Below, piece by piece: positions 56,959 to 64,000 of a stretch of DNA of 64,000 nucleotides. The notes below the pieces were generated by a model that was not told the DNA's origin, did no database searches, and worked only from the letters and a program-made list of their open reading frames with translations. The position numbers were made by a program, and so were the translations under genes. Source of the DNA: the human T2T-CHM13v2.0 reference genome, Homo sapiens; NCBI RefSeq assembly GCF_009914755.1, contig NC_060948.1. One strand, written 5' to 3'. Position 1 is the stretch's first letter; every line of letters starts with the position of its first letter.

Positions 56959-59900
56959 CGGAATGGAATGAATTGGAACGGAATGGACTCGAATGGAATG
57001 GAATGTCATGGAATGGCATCAAATGGAATGGCATCAAATGGAATGGAATCGAATGCAATGGAATGCTATGGAATGGAATGGAATGCATTGGAATGGAATG
57101 TCCTCTAATGGAATGGATTCGAGTGGAATGGTATTGAATATAATGGAGTCGAATGAAATGGAATTGAAAGGAATGGGATCGAATACAATGGAATATACTG
57201 GAATGTAACGTAATGAACTCGAATGTAATTGACTGGAATGGAATGTACATGAATGGAATGTAATCGAATGGAAAGTAGTCCAATGGAATAGAATCTAATG
57301 CAATAAAATCGACTCAGATAGAGTAGAATGTAATGGAATGGAGTGCAGTGCAATGGAATGGAATGGAATGGAATGCAATGGAATGGAATGGAATGGAATG
57401 GAATGGAATGGGATGGAATGGTATGGAATGGATAGTAATGGACTGGAGTGAAATGGACTGGAAAGGAATGGACTCAAATTGAAAGGGCTCGAAAGGAATG
57501 GAGTCAAATGGAATGGTCTGGAATGGAATGAACACGAATGTAATGCAATCCAATAGAATGGAATCGAATGGCATGGAATATAAAGAAATGGAATCGAAGA
57601 GAATGGAAACAAATGGAATGAAATTGAATGGAATGGAATTGAATGGAATGTGAACGAATGGAGTGAAATTGTATGCAGTAGAAGAGAATAGAATGGAATG
57701 CAAGCGAAAGGAAAGGAATGGATTGGAATGGAATGGAATTCATTGGAATGGAAGGGAATGTAGTGTAATGGACAGGCCTGGAATAAAGTGGAATGCTACG
57801 GTCTCGAATGGAATAAAAATGTATGGAATGGAATGCAATGAAACGGAATCGAATGTCATAGAATGTAATGGAATGCAAAAAAATGGAATCCAAAATCATT
57901 GAATGGAAAGGCTGGGTGTCGAAAGGAATTGACTCCAATGGAATGGAATCGAATGGAATGGAAGTGAATAGAATCGAACTAAATCGAATGGAATGGAATT
58001 GATAGGAACGGAATGGAAAGGATTGCAATGATTTGGCATGGAATGGAATCGAATGGCATCGAATGGAATGGAATGGAATGCAATGGAATGGAATGTATTA
58101 GAATGTAGTGAACTTTAATGGAATGTACTCGAATGGATTAGACTGGAATGGAATGTTCTGGAAGTGAATGGACTCCAATGGAATGGATTCAAAAGGAATG
58201 GAATCGTACGGAATGGAATCTAATGGAATGGAATTAAATGGAAATGAATCAAATTGAATAGCACGGAATTGAATTGAATGGAATGGAATGCAATGGAATC
58301 TAATGAAACGGAAAGGAAAGGAATGGAATGGAATGGAATGGGCTGGAATGGAAAGGAATCGAAACGAATGGAATGGAATCGAACTGAAGAGACTGGAATG
58401 GAATGCACTGGAATGGAAGGGAGTGTAATGGAAGGTTCTCGAAAAAGATGGAATCGAATGGAATGCAATTGAATGGAACGGAATAGAGTCGAATGGAATT
58501 GAATGGAATGGAATGGACTAGAGTGAAATGGAATCGAACCACAAGGAATGGACAGGAATAGAATGGTCTCGAATTGAATGGAATCGTATGGAATGGCATC
58601 AAACGGAATGGAATGGACAGCCACGGAATGGAATGCACTCGAATGCAATGGAGTCGAAACTAATGGACTGGAATAGAATGGACTCGACTGGTACGGACTC
58701 CAATGGAATGGAATCGAATGGAAGGGAATCGAACGGAATGGACTCGAAGGGAAAAGACTGCAATGGAAAGGTCTCGAATGGAATGGAAATTAATGGAATG
58801 GAATGGAATCGAATGAAATGGAGTCAAAAGGAATGGAATCGAATGGCAAGAAATCGAATGTAATGGAATCGCAAGGAATTGATGTCAACGGAACGGAATG
58901 GAATGGAATCCAAAGGAATGGAATAGAATGGAATGGAATCGAATGGAAAGGACTCGAATGGAAATCACTCCAATAGAATGCAATTTAATAAAATAGGATC
59001 AAATGTAATAGAATGGAATGGAAAGGAATCGAAACGGAAGGAATGGAGACAGATGGAATGGAATGGAACAGAGAGCAATGGTATAGAATGGAATGGAATC
59101 ATCTGGAATGGAATTGAATGGAATGGAATAATATGAAATGGAATGGAATGGAATGGAATGGAATGGAATGCCCTTGAATTAAATGGACTGGACTCGAACA
59201 GAGTGGAATGGAAAGTGTTGAGATAGAATGGAATGGACTCCTTTGGAATGGTGTAGTATGCAATGCAATCGACTGGCAGGGAATCAAAAGGAATGTAATC
59301 GAATGGATTGGACTGGAATGCAATGGACTCGAATAGATTGGAAACGGAATGCAAAGGAATGGAATGGAATAGTATGGAATGCAATGGGAGGGAATGGAGT
59401 GGAATAGACTAGAGTGGAATGGAATGGACTGGAAAGCAATGGACTGGAATGGAACTTTCTTGGATGGACTGGAATCAAACGGAATGGAATGCAATGCAAT
59501 CAAATGGCATGGAATAAAATAGAATGAAAGAGAATCAAATGGAATTGAATCGAATGGAATCGAATGGATTGGAAAGGAATAGAATGGAATGGAATGGAAT
59601 TGACTCAAATGGAATGGACTAGAATGGAATGGATTCGAATGGAAGGCAAAGGAATGGAATCTATTGGAATGGACTGTAATGGAATGGAATGGAAGGGATT
59701 GGAATGGACTCGAATGGAATGGACTGCAATAGAAAGGATTCGAATGGAATGAAAAAGAATTGAATGGAATAGAACAGAATGGAATCAAATCGAATGAAAT
59801 GGAATGGAATAGAAAGGAATGGAATGAAATGGAATGGAAAGGATTCGAATGGAATGCAATCGAATGGAATGGAATCGAACGGAATGGAATAAAATGGAAG

Positions 59901-60507
59901 AAAACTGGCAAGAAATGGAATCGAAATGAATGGAGTGTTATGGAACGGACTCAAAAGGAATTGAATGTAATAGAATGGAGTGGAGTGGACTTGAATATAA
60001 TAGACTGGAATGGAATGAAATCACATGGAATGGGAACGAATGGAATGGAATGGAAAGGAATGGAATCGAATGGAAAGGAATCGAATGGAAGGGAATGAAA
60101 TTGAATCAACAGGAATGGAAGGGAATAGAATAGACGGTAATGGAATGGACTCGAATAGAATGGACACGAAAGCTCAAATTGAATGGACTCGAATGGAATG
60201 GAAACGAAAGGAATGTCATCGAATGGAATTGAATCGATTGGAATGAAATCGCATAGAATGGAGTGGAATCAAATGGAATTGAATCGAAAGGAAAGGAAGC
60301 GAATGGACTGAAATGAAATGGAATGGAATTGAATGGAAAGTAATGCAATGGAATAGAATGGAACGAAATTTCACGGAATGGAATCAAACTGAATGGAATC
60401 AAATCAATGGAATCAAATCAAATGGAATGGAATGGAATTGAATGGAGTAGATTGGATTGGATGGGATTGGAATGAAATGTACTGGAAAGGACTCGAATTT
60501 CATGAAA
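56959..60507 (+). repeat. Higher-order unit 17 (3549 bp), diverged subfamily
   Basis: (TGGAA)6, 15-bp duplication, one ggaagggaatcgaac copy missing at ~58720-58735, +1 G at 59356-59357. Confidence 0.95.
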
Positions 60508-63500
60508 CGGAATGGAATGAATTGGAACGGAATGGACTCGAATGGAATGGAATGTCACGGAATGGCATCAAATGGAATGGAATCGAATGCAATGGAATGC
60601 TATGGAATGGAATGGAATGCATTGGAATGGAATGTCCTCTAATGGAATGGATTCGAGTGGAATGGAATTGAATATAATGGAGTCGAATGAAATGGAATTG
60701 AAAGGAATGGGATCGAATACAATGGAATATACTGGAATGTAACGTAATGAACTCGAATGTAATTGACTGGAATGGAATGTACATGAATGGAATGTAATCG
60801 AATGGAAAGTAATCCAATGGAATAGAATCTAATGCAATAAAATCGACTCAGATAGAGTAGAATGTAATGGAATGGAGTGCAGTGCAATGGAATGGAATGG
60901 AATGGAATGCAATGGAATGGAATGGAATGGAATGGAATGGGATGGAATGGTATGGAATGGATAGTAATGGACTGGAGTGAAATGGACTGGAAAGGAATGG
61001 ACTCAAATGGAAAGGGCTCGAAAGGAATGGAGACAAATGGAATGGTCTGGAATGGAATGAACACGAATGTAATGCAATCCAATAGAATGGAGTCGAATGG
61101 CATGGAATATAAAGAAATGGAATCGAAGAGAATGGAAACAAATGGAATGGAATTGAATGGAATGGAATTGAATGGAATGGGAACGAATGGAGTGAAATTG
61201 TATGCAGTAGAAGAGAATAGAATGGAATGCAAGCGAAAGGAAAGGAATGGATTGGAATGGAATGGAATTCATTGGAATGGAAGGGAATGTAGTGTAATGG
61301 ACAGGCCTGGAATAAAGTGGAATGCTACGGTCTCGAATGGAATAAAAATGTATGGAATGGAATGCAATGAAACGGAATCGAATGTCATAGAATGTAATGG
61401 AATGCAAAAAAATGGAATCCAAAATCATTGACTGGAAAGGCTGGGTGTCGAAAGGAATTGACTCCAATGGAATGGAATCGAATGGAATGGAAGTGAATAG
61501 AATCGAACTAAATCGAATGGAATGGAATTTATAGGAACGGAATGGAAAGGAATGCAATGATTTGGCATGGAATGGAATCGAATGGCATCGAATGGAATGG
61601 AATGCAATTCAATGGAATGGAATGTATTAGAATATAATGAACTTTAATGGAATGTACTCGAATGGATTCGACTGGAATGGAATGTTCTGGAAGTGAATGG
61701 ACTCCAATGGAATGGATTCAAAAGGAATGGAATCGTACGGAATGGAATCTAATGGAATGGAATTAAATGGAAATGAATCAAATTGAATAGCACGGAATTG
61801 AATTGAATGGAATGGAATGCAATGGAATCTAATGAAACGGAAAGGAAAGGAATGGAATGGAATGGAATGGGCTGGAATGGAAAGGAATCGAAACGAATGG
61901 AATGGAATCGAACTGAAGAGACTGGAATGGAATGCACTGGAATGGAAGGGAGTGTAATGGAAGGTTCTCGAAAAAAATGGAATCGAATGGAATGGAATTG
62001 AATGGAACGGAATAGAGTCGAATGGAATTGAATGGAATGGAATGGACTAGAGTGAAGTGGAATCGAACCACAAGGAATGGACAGGAATAGAATGGTCTCG
62101 AATTGAATGGAATCGTATGGAATGGCATCAAACGGAATGGAATGGACAGCCACGGAATGGAATGCACTCGAATGCAATGGAGTCGAAACTAATGGACTGG
62201 AATAGAATGGACTCGACTGGTACGGACTCCAATGGAATGGAATCGAATGGAAGGGAATCGAACGGAATGGACTCGAAGGGAAAAGACTGCAATGGAAAGG
62301 TCTCGAATGGAATGGAAATTAATGGAATGGAATGGAATCGAATGAAATGGAGTCAAAAGGAATGGATTCGAATGGCAAGAAATCGAATGTAATGGAATCG
62401 CCAGGAACTGATGTGAACGGAACGGAATGGAATGGAATCCAAAGGAATGGAATAGAATGGAATGGAATCGAATGGAAAGGACTCGAATGGAAATCACTCG
62501 AATAGAATGCAATTTAATAAAATAGGATCAAATGTAATGGAATGGAATGGAAAGGAATCGAAACGAAAGGAATGGAGACAGATGGAATGGAATGGAACAG
62601 AGAGCAATGGTATAGAATGGAATGGAATCATCTGGAATGGAATTGAATGGAATGGAATAATATGAAATGGAATGGAATGGAATGGAATGGAATGCCCTTG
62701 AATTAAATGGACTGGACTCGAACAGAGTGGAATGGAAAGTGTTGAGACAGAATGGAATGGACTCCTTTGGAATGGTCTAGTATGCAATGCAATCGACTGG
62801 CAGGGAATCAAAAGGAATGTAATGGAATGGATTGGACTGGAATGCAATGGACTCGAATAGATTGGAAACGGAATGCAAAGGAATGGATTGGAATAGTATG
62901 GAATGGAATGGAAAGGAATGGAGTGGAATAGACTAGAGTGGAATGGAATGGACTGGAAAGCAATGGACTGGAATGGAACATTCTTGAATGGACTGGAATC
63001 AAACGGAATGGAATGCAATGCAATCAAATGGCATGGAATAAAATAGAATGAAAGAGAATCAAATGGAATTGAATCGAATGGAATCGAATGGATTGGAAAG
63101 GAATAGAATGGAATGGAATGGAATTGACTCAAATGGAATGGACTAGAATGGAATGGATTCGAATGGAAGGCAAAGGAATGGAATCTATTGGAATGGACTG
63201 TAATGGAATGGAACGGAAAGGATTGGAATGGACTCGAATGGAATGGACTGCAATAGAAAGGATTCGAATGGAATGAAAAAGAATTGAATGGAATAGAACA
63301 GAATGGAATCAAATCGAATGAAATGGAATGGAATAGAAAGGAATGGAATGAAATGGAATGGAAAGGATTCGAATGGAATGCAATCGAATGGAATGGAATC
63401 GAACGGAATGGAATAAAATGGAAGAAAACTGGCAAGAAATGGAATCGAAATGAATGGAGTGTTATGGAACGGACTCAAAAGGAATTGAATGTAATAGAAT

Positions 63501-64000
63501 GGAGTGGAGTGGACTCGAATATAATGGACTGGAATGGAATGAAATCACATGGAATGGGAACGAATGGAATGGAATGGAAAGGAATGGAATCGAATGGAAA
63601 GGAATCGAATGGAAGGGAATGAAACTGAATCAAAAGGAATGGAAGGGAATAGAATAGACGGTAATGGAATGGACTCGAATAGAATGGACACGAATGCTCA
63701 AATTGAATGGACTCGAATGGAATGGAAACGAAAGGAATGTCATCGAATGGAATTGAATCGATTGGAATGAAATCGCATAGAATGGAGTGGAATCAAATGG
63801 AATTGAATCGAAAGGAAAGGAAGCGAATGGACTGAAATGAAATGGAATGGAATTGAATGGAAAGTAATGCAATGGAATAGAATGGAACGAAATTTCACGG
63901 AATGGAATCAAACTGAATGGAATCAAATCAATGGAATCAAATCAAATGGAATGGAAAGGAATTGAATGGAGTAGATGGGACTGGATGGGATTGGAATGAA
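60508..64000 (+). repeat. Higher-order unit 18 (nearly complete, truncated by window end), diverged subfamily
   Basis: (TGGAA)5, two 15-bp losses, one 15-bp duplication, +1 G at 62880-62881. Confidence 0.93.

Larger units (their letters stand above)
1..64000 (+). repeat. DYZ1: Human satellite III (HSat3) array, GGAAT on + strand, most likely DYZ1 (Yq12 heterochromatin)
   Basis: Degenerate (GGAAT)n runs from the first to the last base, with CGAAT/GCAAT/GGACT/TGAAT variants. The higher-order period is ~3.56 kb. Each unit has one GAATTC (778-783 in unit 1) and one GGCC (817-820), matching the classical ~3.4-3.6 kb HaeIII/EcoRI male-specific repeat. HSat3 identity is seen directly; the Yq12 assignment is from recalled properties. 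Confidence 0.93.

Noticed and set aside
35-63926. Hundreds of ORFs (MEWNG.../FHSIP... peptides), including 305 aa at 55445-56362 and 313 aa at 62494-63435 on the minus strand
   Set aside because: Pure (GGAAT)n has no stop codon in any frame and supplies ATG constantly. The peptides are the 5-residue cycle expected from the pentamer. They recur at the unit period, and their lengths change freely with frameshifting indels. No domain is recognisable.
1-64000. CRISPR-like or repeat-spacer array
   Set aside because: There are no unique spacers between constant repeats and no cas-like genes. The variable segments are themselves repeated every 3.56 kb.
1-64000. DYZ2/HSat1B, Alu or L1 insertions, inversions, or HSat2 identity
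   Set aside because: I saw no AT-rich or Alu-like segment and no switch to ATTCC on the + strand. The regular CATTCGATTC-type HSat2 periodicity is not dominant.

Overview
The whole 64 kb is one uninterrupted, single-orientation array of human satellite III (GGAAT/ATTCC pentamer). It is organised as about 18 tandem higher-order units of 3548-3574 bp that are nearly identical to each other. Unit size and one EcoRI plus one HaeIII/StuI site per unit match DYZ1 of human Yq12 heterochromatin. That assignment comes from recall, not from an alignment. I see no credible genes, RNA genes, transposons, inversions or DYZ2/Alu interruptions. All ORF-track entries are by-products of translating the pentamer. 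I found no new gene-encoded system. The informative structure is in the variants. (1) Each unit carries up to three perfect heat-shock elements (nGAAnnTTCnnGAAn), one of them polymorphic between copies, inside a dense field of TEAD-type GGAATG motifs. (2) Variant sharing shows a nested history: a ~14.2 kb four-unit super-period plus recent 7106 bp, 3563 bp and ~3558 bp tandem duplications with breakpoints inside units. (3) A more diverged subfamily begins at ~54-55.8 kb. All variant calls were read by eye and should be confirmed by alignment.
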